Shown: piece by piece, positions 10,475 through 19,641 of the stretch
Numbering within the stretch: the first letter of the stretch is position 1
Layout: every line of letters begins with the position of its first letter
Source of the DNA: a virus
Lineage: Duplodnaviria > Heunggongvirae > Uroviricota > Caudoviricetes
Length of the DNA: 64,000 nt
Strand: one strand, 5' to 3'
Virus record (IMG/VR): IMGVR_UViG_3300035703_000003
The notes under the pieces: generated by a model
Seen by the model: only the letters and a program-made list of their open reading frames with translations
Databases searched by the model: none
What the model was told of the DNA's origin: nothing
Made by a program: the position numbers and the translations under genes

Positions 10475-11080
10475 CTAGACACTTGACTTATAAAAATAAT
10501 CTTTCGCTAACATAGGATCCCAGCCATGGCCAGCACATACTAATGCCACAGACCATCTAACTGTGTTATTGGGATTTATAGCATTGTGTATTCTTTGATT
10601 GTTAATAATTGTAGGTCTAGATAACTCTATGCTGTCGGTTACAGTTAGATCGTCGCTATTGACATCCCATACAGTTCTTTGTTCACCTAAACTATTTGTG
10701 TAAGTTTTTAATACAGGTGGAGTTGACGAAACATAAAACTCCAGTCTGGTATTTTTTGTATTTTTTATCGGAAATAATATAGCCCACGGATTATCTGAAT
10801 TATCTATGTGTGGGCGGGTACTTTCGTTTTCAGTAATACAATTAACCATAAATTTTGTATCCAATGGCAACTGTAACTTTTCTCTGAATTTAGTTATGTT
10901 AGTTAGATTGTTGAATGGATTAGTTGAATCCAAACTCCCAAAAAAATGAACAGTGTTTTCTTCGATAAAAATATTTTCAAAAATTGTTGTTTCTAACTCT
11001 TTATGCAATTCGTCAAAATTATCAATTTCTAACTCATAATAGTTTTCATATTCATCGAAATTCTTATCTCTATAGTCCAT
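10475..11080 (-). CDS. Jelly-roll 2OG-Fe(II) oxygenase-like protein
   Basis: PHID...HNAIN...RW pattern. Confidence 0.6.
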   Translation of the reverse strand: MDYRDKNFDEYENYYELEIDNFDELHKELETTIFENIFIEENTVHFFGSLDSTNPFNNLTNITKFREKLQLPLDTKFMVNCITENESTRPHIDNSDNPWAILFPIKNTKNTRLEFYVSSTPPVLKTYTNSLGEQRTVWDVNSDDLTVTDSIELSRPTIINNQRIHNAINPNNTVRWSVALVCAGHGWDPMLAKDYFYKSSV

Positions 11081-11690
11081 AATTTTCTATGTCCTCGTGA
11101 CCGTCCAAACTAAACATCAATGCAATTCGAGGCTGATCGCTCATGTTAGCAACTGCGTGTGGATATGCAATATTGAGGAAGTATGCACGACCGTCTTGTA
11201 AATTGTATGCTTCCAGTTTATCATCTCTTTTAAATAAGTTTACAACATTGTCTCCTCCATATATAGGACATATGCAACGTACTGCATAACTTACATCATA
11301 ATCTACATGAAAAGGAATCATCTTACCTGGGGCAAGTTTAGTGATACGTACACGACTAGCAGTAGCCTTAAGCTGAGTAACAACCTGTTCAAAGTAACTG
11401 CCGGTATATTCAGGAGTAGGAACATTATACAAGTGTTCTTCTCGTCTACGCAGTCTTTCCTTGATACTTGCTTCGTAAGGTAAAATTTCACTAGGTGTTG
11501 TTAAATTGATTTGTTCAAAATTGTCGTAAACGTTTTTGACAAGTTCCATATGATTATCGCACAGCATAGGATTAGCAGTTCGAACATCTACAAACTTTTC
11601 CGCAATCTTATTAAATTCTTCTCGTAATCTAGCCAAGTCGATGTCTAAACCTAAGTCAGCAATAGATGGTAACTGATGTTTCTTTTTCAT
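11070..11690 (-). CDS. AspH-like 2OG-Fe(II) oxygenase
   Basis: RVRITKLAPG...FHVD...PHAVAN...RIALM. Confidence 0.8.
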   Translation of the reverse strand: MKKKHQLPSIADLGLDIDLARLREEFNKIAEKFVDVRTANPMLCDNHMELVKNVYDNFEQINLTTPSEILPYEASIKERLRRREEHLYNVPTPEYTGSYFEQVVTQLKATASRVRITKLAPGKMIPFHVDYDVSYAVRCICPIYGGDNVVNLFKRDDKLEAYNLQDGRAYFLNIAYPHAVANMSDQPRIALMFSLDGHEDIENYGL

Positions 11691-12463
11691 TTATAAACTC
11701 CTGCAAGACATATTCTTGCTACGTCTTTGTATCTTCTGAACTTCTTATACTCGTCTTGCGTAGTGCAAGCAAGCCATACACTATCGCTGGGTGTAAATCC
11801 TAGCGCATCGCATACTCTTTTTTGTTTGTCGGTCAATGTATTATATACATAGTCTATATCAAATTTACTTATAATAGTTTCTGCAATATTATGTGCAAAG
11901 TAGTTATAGTATTTTGCACTGTATATTAACGACTCGAGTTTTGAGTCGGGATTACGACTGAAATACCAACCAGTTCTGATATTACCGATCCCAAAACTTT
12001 TGCTTAAACTATAAAAAGCATATTCAACATTATTACTTATTTCAATTGGTTTGACTCTAGTACTGCCCACATATGCGAGGTCTAGTGCCACAGGAACATC
12101 AGTTCTAACATCTGCAAAGTTCCCGTCTATTGCACTAGGAACGCTTTGATAAAACATATAAGACGAACTACTTTTAGTTTCGATCCATTGGTAGTCACCT
12201 GTGTTCATTTGAACACCACGTGTTTCTCTGTTATACCACCAGTTCAGACCTTCTGTTATTCCGTTCATTGGATACACAGAAAACCCAGATAGATCGACTA
12301 CGGGTTTAAGCCAATCAATGATACTTGTTTTGTAGTGCTGTACTGAATCATATGTAGGTATCAGCCCCTCTATGCTATTTTTAACATCAGGCAGAGTAAA
12401 CGTTCTAACCGCTAGGCTTTGATTTAATAAAAACTCTTTCAATTGTCCATCCTGCAATATCAA
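11687..12463 (-). CDS. Minimal fold-type I PLP-dependent enzyme (aminotransferase-like)
   Basis: GITEG, DLAY, SLSKSFG..RTGW Schiff-base lysine motif. Confidence 0.75.
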   Translation of the reverse strand: MILQDGQLKEFLLNQSLAVRTFTLPDVKNSIEGLIPTYDSVQHYKTSIIDWLKPVVDLSGFSVYPMNGITEGLNWWYNRETRGVQMNTGDYQWIETKSSSSYMFYQSVPSAIDGNFADVRTDVPVALDLAYVGSTRVKPIEISNNVEYAFYSLSKSFGIGNIRTGWYFSRNPDSKLESLIYSAKYYNYFAHNIAETIISKFDIDYVYNTLTDKQKRVCDALGFTPSDSVWLACTTQDEYKKFRRYKDVARICLAGVYK

Positions 12464-13040
12464 ATTTATTTAACCTGTACGCCATTGGGTGATTATGATG
12501 ATATCTGTGCCAGCCTTCGCCTGGTGCAATAATATTCATAAATGGAACATCTAAAGGCTTGCCATCCTTATGCGCTAACCAATTAAGTAAACCGAATCCG
12601 ATCCACGAAAGCACAAATGGCATAACAACAAAAATTATGAAAAAATCAATACCTAACAACAGCATAGCAGCAGCATATGTGAAATGGATGTGTTTTCTAT
12701 ATCTATGAAAGAATACTACCCGTGGGTTCTTTAGTAAGTCCACAATATATTTTTTAGGAATATATTCTACATGCCATCTGCTAGTGATAACACGCCATAT
12801 GCCCACGTATACGGGGCTGTGTGGGTCGTCTACGGTATCTGACTTTGCATGATGCATACGATGTACTGCAGCCCATGTAAGGGCACTACGCCCGCCGCAT
12901 ATTGTTCCAAAGAATAGCATAACATACTCTAAGAATACACTTGTCTTAAAACTGCGATGAGTAAAGTATCGATGGTATCCTATGCTGATACCAATGAGTG
13001 CTGCAAAGTAATAAAATAGATAACCGTGAAGTAATATCAT
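12405..13040 (-). CDS. Membrane fatty acid desaturase
   Basis: HRYFTH, HRMHH, DPHSP, GEGWHRYHH. Confidence 0.9.
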   Translation of the reverse strand: MILLHGYLFYYFAALIGISIGYHRYFTHRSFKTSVFLEYVMLFFGTICGGRSALTWAAVHRMHHAKSDTVDDPHSPVYVGIWRVITSRWHVEYIPKKYIVDLLKNPRVVFFHRYRKHIHFTYAAAMLLLGIDFFIIFVVMPFVLSWIGFGLLNWLAHKDGKPLDVPFMNIIAPGEGWHRYHHNHPMAYRLNKFDIAGWTIERVFIKSKPSG

Positions 13041-13930
13041 ACTGCCATTACTGCCTTTATACTCTCCATTGGGGCATAGTTGATAAGTTTATAATCGCTT
13101 GTTTTCGTAGCAAGTAATTCGTTGATGTTATTAAATGCAGGCATTAACAAGTGTGGCAACGCCATTGGAGTTCTAGTAAGTTGTTCAGTTACTTGTTCAA
13201 AATGATTTAAGTAAACGTGACAATCTCCGCCAGACCATATAAAGTCACCCACTGTAAGTTCGCAAATTTGTGCAATCATGTGTGTGAGTAGGCTGTAACT
13301 TGCGATGTTAAACGGAACACCTAAGAACATGTCTGCACTACGTTGATATAGTTGACAGCTTAGTTTATTGTCAATGACCCTAAACTGTGCGAATGCATGA
13401 CACGGAGGCAGTGCCATTTCAGATAATTGGTTAGGGTTCCATGCTGATAAGATAAGTCGTCTTGAGTCTGGATTAGTTCTAATTTCGTGGATAAGCCATT
13501 TGAGTTGGTCTGTTCCTTCGACGTAGTTGAAATCGTCCTTAGCGAGGTTCGGTCCATCAAAGCTACGCCATTGTCTTCCGTAGACGGGACCAAGTTCTTT
13601 ATGGGTATCAGTATTGATGTATCCCAGAGCCCTGCCTTGTGCATCAGCATTGGCTGTCCAAATAGTAGATCTTCCTGCCAGCTCTGATCTCGGCTTTTCG
13701 AAAGTAATTTCTGCCAATCTTCTTTCATCTGTTGATCCTTCTAAGAACCATAGTAGTTCTCCTACTACAGCACGCCACGCTAGTTTTTTAGTTGTTACTG
13801 CAGGAAAACCTTCGTTAAGATCAAAACGCATTTGGTATCCGAAGACACTACGAGTTCCTACACCTGTTCTGTCAGAAACAGTTTTTCCGTAAGTCATAAC
13901 ATGTTCTAGTGCATCATGATACTGTTTCAT
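13037..13930 (-). CDS. thyA: Thymidylate synthase
   Basis: DRTGVGT, ELLWFL, PDSRR, LPPCH, YQRSAD, PFNIASY. Confidence 0.97.
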   Translation of the reverse strand: MKQYHDALEHVMTYGKTVSDRTGVGTRSVFGYQMRFDLNEGFPAVTTKKLAWRAVVGELLWFLEGSTDERRLAEITFEKPRSELAGRSTIWTANADAQGRALGYINTDTHKELGPVYGRQWRSFDGPNLAKDDFNYVEGTDQLKWLIHEIRTNPDSRRLILSAWNPNQLSEMALPPCHAFAQFRVIDNKLSCQLYQRSADMFLGVPFNIASYSLLTHMIAQICELTVGDFIWSGGDCHVYLNHFEQVTEQLTRTPMALPHLLMPAFNNINELLATKTSDYKLINYAPMESIKAVMAV

Positions 13931-14400
13931 TTTCTTGCCCACTTTTCAATATATAAATCGCTGTCGGTCTCTTCTGCGTCATATAAGTTAAACTTATCCA
14001 TAATCAAGTCTGCAGGAAGGAATGTATCGCAGTCGTAGATGCATTGGATTCGACTTAGATAAAATTCGTCGATAATATCCAAACAATGCTCGATAAGTTG
14101 TGCGCCGCCTATGATCCACACATCTTTATGAAACTTTATTTGTGGTAGTATTTTGTAAAAGCTACGCATGTCTACTACTACGTCTGGGCCTTTTATAAGA
14201 CCAGAAGTAACAACGATGTTTTCTCTATTAGGCAAAGGTTTAACGGGCAAACTTTCCCAAGTTTTTCTGCCCATTACTATAGTTGAGTTGTTAGTGTGTT
14301 GCTTGAACCATTTAAGGTCTGCTGAATTGTGTGGCCAAGGAAGGGCACCGTTTTTACCGATGCCCCATTCCTGGTCACAAGCTAGTATCGCTTTGATCAT
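13927..14400 (-). CDS. folA: Dihydrofolate reductase
   Basis: GIGKNGALPW, MGRKTWES, LPNRENIV, IIGGAQ. Confidence 0.96.
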   Translation of the reverse strand: MIKAILACDQEWGIGKNGALPWPHNSADLKWFKQHTNNSTIVMGRKTWESLPVKPLPNRENIVVTSGLIKGPDVVVDMRSFYKILPQIKFHKDVWIIGGAQLIEHCLDIIDEFYLSRIQCIYDCDTFLPADLIMDKFNLYDAEETDSDLYIEKWARK

Positions 14401-14704
14401 TTTTTTTATTGAGTAAGTTGTTTACTTTTTCGCTTACGTCTTGTTCGAGGTCTGCATAGTTAACAACAATTTCAATATTACTGATGTTGCTACCATAGTC
14501 CTCACCCATTTCGTCGGCTACTGCCATTATGAAGCTGACAATATTATCAGCTTCAATATCTTCAAGGTCTTCGCCTTCAAATAATACACGATCTCCGTTT
14601 TCTAAAACTACTGTTAGAGTATCAATGTATTCGACCGGAACTTGATCGATTTCAATTTCTCTAACAATGTTTTGAAAACTACGATCTTTTTTCTTAATCG
14701 GCAT
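14375..14704 (-). CDS. Acidic hypothetical protein
   Basis: Intact ORF packed in a minus-strand operon. Confidence 0.6.
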   Translation of the reverse strand: MPIKKKDRSFQNIVREIEIDQVPVEYIDTLTVVLENGDRVLFEGEDLEDIEADNIVSFIMAVADEMGEDYGSNISNIEIVVNYADLEQDVSEKVNNLLNKKNDQSDTSL

Positions 14705-15356
14705 TTTTTGGCTTACGACCTGCTTTTGGCTTCAACGTAGGAGCCATTGCGTATGCTTCTGCTTTTAAACGCTCTGCTTCTGCTAGGAATGTGTTTGCTT
14801 GTAATAGCATGTTTTTGGCAATAGCAGTGTCGTCTAATACTGTTTCGCCTGGAACTGAAACTGCTTGGTCAATAGTTTGTGAATGGTCAAGTCGAATGTT
14901 AGTTGACTTGCCATCCATACCACGTGGCGCTTTATCTGTATCATCGACCATACTGTTACGAATATCCGACTCACTCATTCCTGTTGCTTTTTTACGAATG
15001 ATAGTATTAACCTCACTCAATTTAATCGCAGTGCTAGGGTTAGGTGTTAGTTCAATTTGACTAGTTGGATATTTACGTAGGTAGTTACGACGATGTAAGC
15101 TATTCAACATGTTTGTGCCATCAGCAAAACGACTACGGTGTGCAATTTCAAAGAAATTTGCGACACTTTGTCCTTCGCTGCTTTCAACAACACGAATAAC
15201 ATCGTCATGTTCCATATCAGGGAGTCGTTCAGTTTCGACAACTAAACAGTTGTTAGGGTCAATGACGTTACCCTTTTCGTCATAAATTTCACGGAATACT
15301 ACAACACATTTTACGTTTGTGTTTGCGACTCTTCCTATATGTTTTAAATTTGCCAT
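14694..15356 (-). CDS. Hypothetical phage protein
   Basis: 220 aa ORF with GGAG RBS. Confidence 0.7.
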   Translation of the reverse strand: MANLKHIGRVANTNVKCVVVFREIYDEKGNVIDPNNCLVVETERLPDMEHDDVIRVVESSEGQSVANFFEIAHRSRFADGTNMLNSLHRRNYLRKYPTSQIELTPNPSTAIKLSEVNTIIRKKATGMSESDIRNSMVDDTDKAPRGMDGKSTNIRLDHSQTIDQAVSVPGETVLDDTAIAKNMLLQANTFLAEAERLKAEAYAMAPTLKPKAGRKPKNAD

Positions 15357-15371
15357 TGGATACTCCTCCTA

Positions 15372-15617
15372 TTAGGCAGTAGCTTGTGGCTGTGTTTCAG
15401 AAATTTGTGCAGCTTGTGCAGCCTGTGTGGCTTGGACAAATGCAGTCAACTTGTTATAAACAGCACCAACTTGTGCAGCTTCGCCTGCACGGAATGCACC
15501 ACGTGACACAGCCGCATCAATGATTTGTGCAGCATTCTGCAGATCATTTAGCGATAGAGCTGGTGCTTCTACTGCAGGTGCTGATTCTGTTGTGATGTTG
15601 TTATTTTCTTCTGACAT
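15372..15617 (-). CDS. Small hypothetical protein
   Basis: AGGAG RBS and upstream ATAAATA (15647-15653). Confidence 0.65.
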   Translation of the reverse strand: MSEENNNITTESAPAVEAPALSLNDLQNAAQIIDAAVSRGAFRAGEAAQVGAVYNKLTAFVQATQAAQAAQISETQPQATA

Positions 15618-15645
15618 TGTATACTCCTGTTAATTATATACGCAC

Positions 15646-15930
15646 TTATTTATCTTCATTTCCTGTCTGTGACAGCTTAAATGCGATTATATTGGCTCTA
15701 AAATTTTCGTAATCTTGTGGATTTTCGAACCAAAATTGAAATAGTTTGCTGCCCAGACTTTTAATATGATAAAAGCCCTTACAGCCTGAAAAATCTAATT
15801 TATCTATATTAGGTGAAACATCGAATTCAACAATGATACGATGCTTCAACATATTTGTGAGTACTGCAGTGCCTATTAGATACTGCAGATCCTCTTCACT
15901 TAGTGAGAATTTTTGTTCTACTATTCTCAT
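15646..15930 (-). CDS. Hypothetical protein
   Basis: ATG at 15930, just after the VWA gene stop. Confidence 0.55.
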   Translation of the reverse strand: MRIVEQKFSLSEEDLQYLIGTAVLTNMLKHRIIVEFDVSPNIDKLDFSGCKGFYHIKSLGSKLFQFWFENPQDYENFRANIIAFKLSQTGNEDK

Positions 15931-15934
15931 ATAC

Positions 15935-17125
15935 TTATGCTCGAGACTTGGCCTTCTCAGTGTAGTAAACACTCTGGCCGAACGGAGCAACGGGTTTGTG
16001 ATAACGGTTCTTGATTAGGAACAGTGTATCGCAGTAGTCCTCGATACCCCATTTACCAAACGGTTCTCCGTCAGTAAACATAAGGAACTGGTTGGGTTCG
16101 ATTTCGTTTGCAATCATATGCTCCCAGTTACACATAAAGTCAGTGCCACCACCGCCAGTCATTTTAAATTCGGTAATCGAACGACCGTCGTCACTAGTGA
16201 ATACATCATGCCCGCTAACACGAGTATCGAAGCACCACACGTCCATGCGATAGTTTTCGAACTGATCCATGATGCCCTGGATTTCGCTAAGGAAATCACG
16301 GATGTCGTCGTTGCCGATAGAACCGCTAACGTCGATACCGACAGCAATATTGATCTGCTGATCTTTTTTCATGCCTGGGAGAACAAAGTCGTGAAACTGA
16401 CTCTTACGGTTAGGACGCATGAAAGTAAAGTCGCTAATAAGATTGCTCTCAAGCGACACACGAATCATCTGACGCCAGTCCATTTGCGGAGAAGTAAGAG
16501 CACCAATCATACGACGGATATCGCCAGGAACGTTGCCTGCACCAACTGCCTGTGCAGCCTGCATAATAACGTTCTTCATTTCGTCGCTGATAGCCTTAGC
16601 ATCACTTTCGCCGATAGTAGGTTTACCATCCTTGTCAGGATTACCATCGCCCATCTCGATATGAACGTCTAACGTTTGCTGCGGTGCTGCACCTTGTTGA
16701 ATTAGGTCGTCGTAAACAGTTTCGGTCCACCAGTCGTCGCTTGCATATTTTTTATCATACAGCGGCTTTACAGTAGTGATAAGACGACCGATGTTTTCAC
16801 GCACTAGCATAGCGTTAATTTTATAGTCGCCTGCCATGTTCCAGATTTTGCCATCACGGTCGCCACGACGAATGAAATGTTCGTAAATGCAGTGACCAAC
16901 TTCGTGACCTACCAAGAACACAGTTTCATCCATGTCCAGCTTCATAACGAATTCTGGGTTGTAATAAAAACGACGACCGTCGGTAGCAGCGGTGGGAAGC
17001 CAACCGCCGGGTTCAACTTCTACAAGTTCAAGTCGGCAAGCGATGTTACCGAAAAACGGCTGTTTAAACAACATACGGACACGAGCGGCAACGAGCTTCT
17101 CGCCTGCAGTTTTAAAATCTTGCAT
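15935..17125 (-). CDS. Metallopeptidase-like (HExxH) plus VWA domain protein (DUF2201-type MoxR partner)
   Basis: TAATDG, HEVGH, MIDAS DVSGS, GGGGTDF, FTDG. Confidence 0.88.
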   Translation of the reverse strand: MQDFKTAGEKLVAARVRMLFKQPFFGNIACRLELVEVEPGGWLPTAATDGRRFYYNPEFVMKLDMDETVFLVGHEVGHCIYEHFIRRGDRDGKIWNMAGDYKINAMLVRENIGRLITTVKPLYDKKYASDDWWTETVYDDLIQQGAAPQQTLDVHIEMGDGNPDKDGKPTIGESDAKAISDEMKNVIMQAAQAVGAGNVPGDIRRMIGALTSPQMDWRQMIRVSLESNLISDFTFMRPNRKSQFHDFVLPGMKKDQQINIAVGIDVSGSIGNDDIRDFLSEIQGIMDQFENYRMDVWCFDTRVSGHDVFTSDDGRSITEFKMTGGGGTDFMCNWEHMIANEIEPNQFLMFTDGEPFGKWGIEDYCDTLFLIKNRYHKPVAPFGQSVYYTEKAKSRA

Positions 17126-17150
17126 AGTAGTCTCCTTTGTTTACAGTTTG

Positions 17151-17178
17151 ACTATAGCAGAACCAGCTATAATGTCAA
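17151..17178 (-). promoter_or_regulatory. Sigma70-type early promoter
   Basis: TTGACA-16-TATAGT upstream of the VWA gene. Confidence 0.65.
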
Positions 17179-17630
17179 CCAATAGTTTCATGAAGTTTTG
17201 ATTGGATCTCAAGGAAGAACCTATGATACTTAGCCATACGCTCAATGTCCTTTTCAGAGATGCCTTTAAGCCGACGAATGTCCGAATTGTGTGTCAGATC
17301 GGCTTTTTTAACACGCATTGCATCGATGTTCGAAAAAACTCCGACTTTGTATTCGTCGTAAGTCTGACCGGGCATCTTGGTAAGTAGCGCAACAGCATTA
17401 ACTACACGTTCAGAAAACCCTGCTTCTCTGAGTTCAGCAAAGGTAGTTTTAGTGTCTTCGATTACATCGTGCAGTAGCGCAACGCATTGTAGTTCTTCAT
17501 CTGGATTTTCCAGTAGATTCATTACTGAAAACACATGAAGGATATAAGGATTTCCGCCCTTGTCAAACTGCCCGTGATGAGCATTGGTAGCTAGGTGAAT
17601 AGCTTTGGATAGTAGTTCGCCTTTTTTCAT
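17175..17630 (-). CDS. HD-domain small alarmone hydrolase-like protein (SpoT-HD/Mesh1-like)
   Basis: AHHGQFDKGGNPYILH, ALLHDVIEDT, VKKADLTHN. Confidence 0.8.
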   Translation of the reverse strand: MKKGELLSKAIHLATNAHHGQFDKGGNPYILHVFSVMNLLENPDEELQCVALLHDVIEDTKTTFAELREAGFSERVVNAVALLTKMPGQTYDEYKVGVFSNIDAMRVKKADLTHNSDIRRLKGISEKDIERMAKYHRFFLEIQSKLHETIG

Positions 17631-17656
17631 AGTATTGTCTCCTTTGCTACAGTTAT

Positions 17657-17684
17657 ATAATAGCAAATCTAGAACCTATGTCAA
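17657..17684 (-). promoter_or_regulatory. Sigma70-type early promoter
   Basis: TTGACA-16-TATTAT. Confidence 0.6.
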
Positions 17685-17992
17685 CCACTCAAACAGCATA
17701 ATTTAAATTTTACTAGGTCATCGATTGATTCGAAGCTCATATATGCTTTGGTGTCCGACATGTCTATGTAAAAGTCATCGTCGCTAATATTACTAGACAT
17801 AATGCTACCGCCACCTAATTTTCGATTTGAACCAACCTCAAACCAATACCCCCACAAGTCAACACAGTTAGTATCACACCATTTGACAAAACGTTCATCG
17901 ACCCCGTGATTGTCAAGATAAACATGATAGTTGAATTTTTTTTCATATCCACAGAGCGGATTGGTGATTACTACATTAAGCATTGATCCCAT
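17681..17992 (-). CDS. Hypothetical phage protein
   Basis: Intact ORF; WC...C...W...F...D...FKL pattern recurs loosely in 22607 and 25489. Confidence 0.55.
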   Translation of the reverse strand: MGSMLNVVITNPLCGYEKKFNYHVYLDNHGVDERFVKWCDTNCVDLWGYWFEVGSNRKLGGGSIMSSNISDDDFYIDMSDTKAYMSFESIDDLVKFKLCCLSG

Positions 17993-18006
17993 ACATATAC
18001 TTATAT

Positions 18007-18034
18007 GAATACAGGGCCCGAAGGCCCTGTATTC
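18007..18034 (-). terminator. Stem-loop with C(UUCG)G tetraloop, probable terminator
   Basis: GAATACAGGGCC-TTCG-GGCCCTGTATTC, a perfect 12 bp stem just after the MoxR stop. Confidence 0.75.
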
Positions 18035-18052
18035 TTCCCCAGGAGTGGCGTG

Positions 18053-19153
18053 TTACGCCATTTCGATCAGCTTACCGTATTTCTGGATGAAAGGCTTCCA
18101 GTTGTTAAGCTGATTGAACTTAACACGGATCTGATACTTGCCAAGAGCGATAGTATTCGCCATGACGACCATTTCCGCTTCGAAGTTGTGCTGAACAAAC
18201 TCGAGGAAGTTGTCGAACATTTCGTGTGCCTTAGGATCGTTGTTAGCAAACACTTCCTTCAGCTCGTAGCACAGTGCAGTAGTCAGCGAATACTTGGCGC
18301 TGATATTCTTGGTGTGCAGTTCCTTTACCTTACCCTTGAGGATGTCAGTTGGATTAGGCAGCTGAGCAGCAACAGCACGGTGTGCCTTAAACTTGAGCGC
18401 AACACCTTCGCCAATGCCTGCAGCAACCATGTCAGTAACTTCTTCTTCAGTGAAGTCGTCGACATCCTTCAGCGTGTCGCTAACGAACGCCCACGAGCGA
18501 GGAGTAGCAAACGAACGCTCGCTCGAGCCTGCATCGAAGTTGTAGAGGTCTTCTTTGAAGGTCGTCAGGTAACCAACAACATCGGGGTGGATATTGTGGC
18601 GGACAGCCCAGTCGAACCAGTCTTCAAAGTCAACACGGACTTCGTAGTGCAGGAAGCGGTTAGCCAGCGGCTTAGGCATACGGTAAGTAACACCCTTGTC
18701 GCTCTCACGGTTACCTGCAGCGGCAATCACAACATTGTCGGGCAGTCGGTAAGTGCCGATCGCACGGTTGAGAATCAGCTGGTAGGCAGCAGCCTGTGTA
18801 GCAGGAGCGGCGCCGTTAAGTTCGTCGAGGAACAGGATGATAATATCATACTGCGATGCCATTTCTTCGTCGGGCAGTTCGTCCGGCGCAGAGAAGCGCA
18901 TCTTGTTAGCTTCTTTGTCGTAGTAAGGATAACCTTTAAGGTCAGTGGGTTCCCACAGTGACAGTCGGCAGTCGATCAACTTGACACGAAGGCCCATCGC
19001 TTCATACTGCTCTTTAATGGTCTTGAAGGTATCCGACTTACCAATACCGGGCGGACCCCACACCATCAGCGGACGCTTGGTCCGGAAGTGATGCTTGGCA
19101 TACTTAGTGAGTTCGGACAGTTTAACAGTGCGGGTGTTTAGTTCCATAGCCAT
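18053..19153 (-). CDS. MoxR-type AAA+ ATPase
   Basis: Walker A GPPGIGKS, Walker B LFLDE, AAGN, PLANRF, TPRSW. Confidence 0.9.
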   Translation of the reverse strand: MAMELNTRTVKLSELTKYAKHHFRTKRPLMVWGPPGIGKSDTFKTIKEQYEAMGLRVKLIDCRLSLWEPTDLKGYPYYDKEANKMRFSAPDELPDEEMASQYDIIILFLDELNGAAPATQAAAYQLILNRAIGTYRLPDNVVIAAAGNRESDKGVTYRMPKPLANRFLHYEVRVDFEDWFDWAVRHNIHPDVVGYLTTFKEDLYNFDAGSSERSFATPRSWAFVSDTLKDVDDFTEEEVTDMVAAGIGEGVALKFKAHRAVAAQLPNPTDILKGKVKELHTKNISAKYSLTTALCYELKEVFANNDPKAHEMFDNFLEFVQHNFEAEMVVMANTIALGKYQIRVKFNQLNNWKPFIQKYGKLIEMA

Positions 19154-19193
19154 TGTGTATCTCCTGGGTTGGCTGTTTTTAACTTACAAAGTA

Positions 19194-19222
19194 ACTTTAA
19201 CAAAAGGTGCTGTTAGTGTCAA
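19194..19222 (-). promoter_or_regulatory. Sigma70-type early promoter
   Basis: TTGACA-17-TAAAGT. Confidence 0.65.
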
Positions 19223-19239
19223 CACCTTTTTTATCTTTT

Positions 19240-19581
19240 TTAGTCAAGTCGGCTGCCGGCGTGCGCCTTGAAACCATACTTGCGAAGGACATCGGCGGCA
19301 GCACGAGCGCCAGCTTCTTTAACGTCAACGTTCTGACCGCCCCACTTGGAAGGGTTCCAGTATTCGAAAGTTTTACCATAAGCAGGGTCGAGTCGGAAGC
19401 CCATTGCTTTGAGTATCTCACGTTCGGCACGACCAGCTTTGGTATTACCTTTGTGAGCGGGATAAACTGTAACCCAAGCATAGCCGCAAGCATAACGGTC
19501 TCCGCCAATTTTACGCAGCATCTCGTCTGCAGCGGTTTTTGCTTCGGTGAGCATTTCGTTGACAATTACAGAAGTGTTCAT
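19240..19581 (-). CDS. Hypothetical phage early protein
   Basis: GGAG RBS, own promoter, CGYAWV and C-terminal SRLD. Confidence 0.7.
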   Translation of the reverse strand: MNTSVIVNEMLTEAKTAADEMLRKIGGDRYACGYAWVTVYPAHKGNTKAGRAEREILKAMGFRLDPAYGKTFEYWNPSKWGGQNVDVKEAGARAAADVLRKYGFKAHAGSRLD

Positions 19582-19612
19582 TTCGATCTCCGTTGCTTCA
19601 ACTTACATATAC

Positions 19613-19641
19613 ACGATACATTCAAGATGCATTGGTGTCAA
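19613..19641 (-). promoter_or_regulatory. Sigma70-type early promoter
   Basis: TTGACA-17-TATCGT; shares TCTTGAnTGTATnGTGTATATGTA with the 20451-20479 promoter. Confidence 0.65.

Noticed and set aside
1-13040. Bacterial chromosomal biosynthetic cluster or chimeric join
   Set aside because: The island is ATGA-coupled to phage thyA and uses the same compact gene packing as the rest, so it appears to be part of the phage.
18005-18961. 318 aa plus-strand ORF, and similar antisense ORFs at 16118, 19207, 27416, 42411 and 52747
   Set aside because: These are shadows of well-supported minus-strand genes with biased codons or repeats; they have no motifs or RBS.
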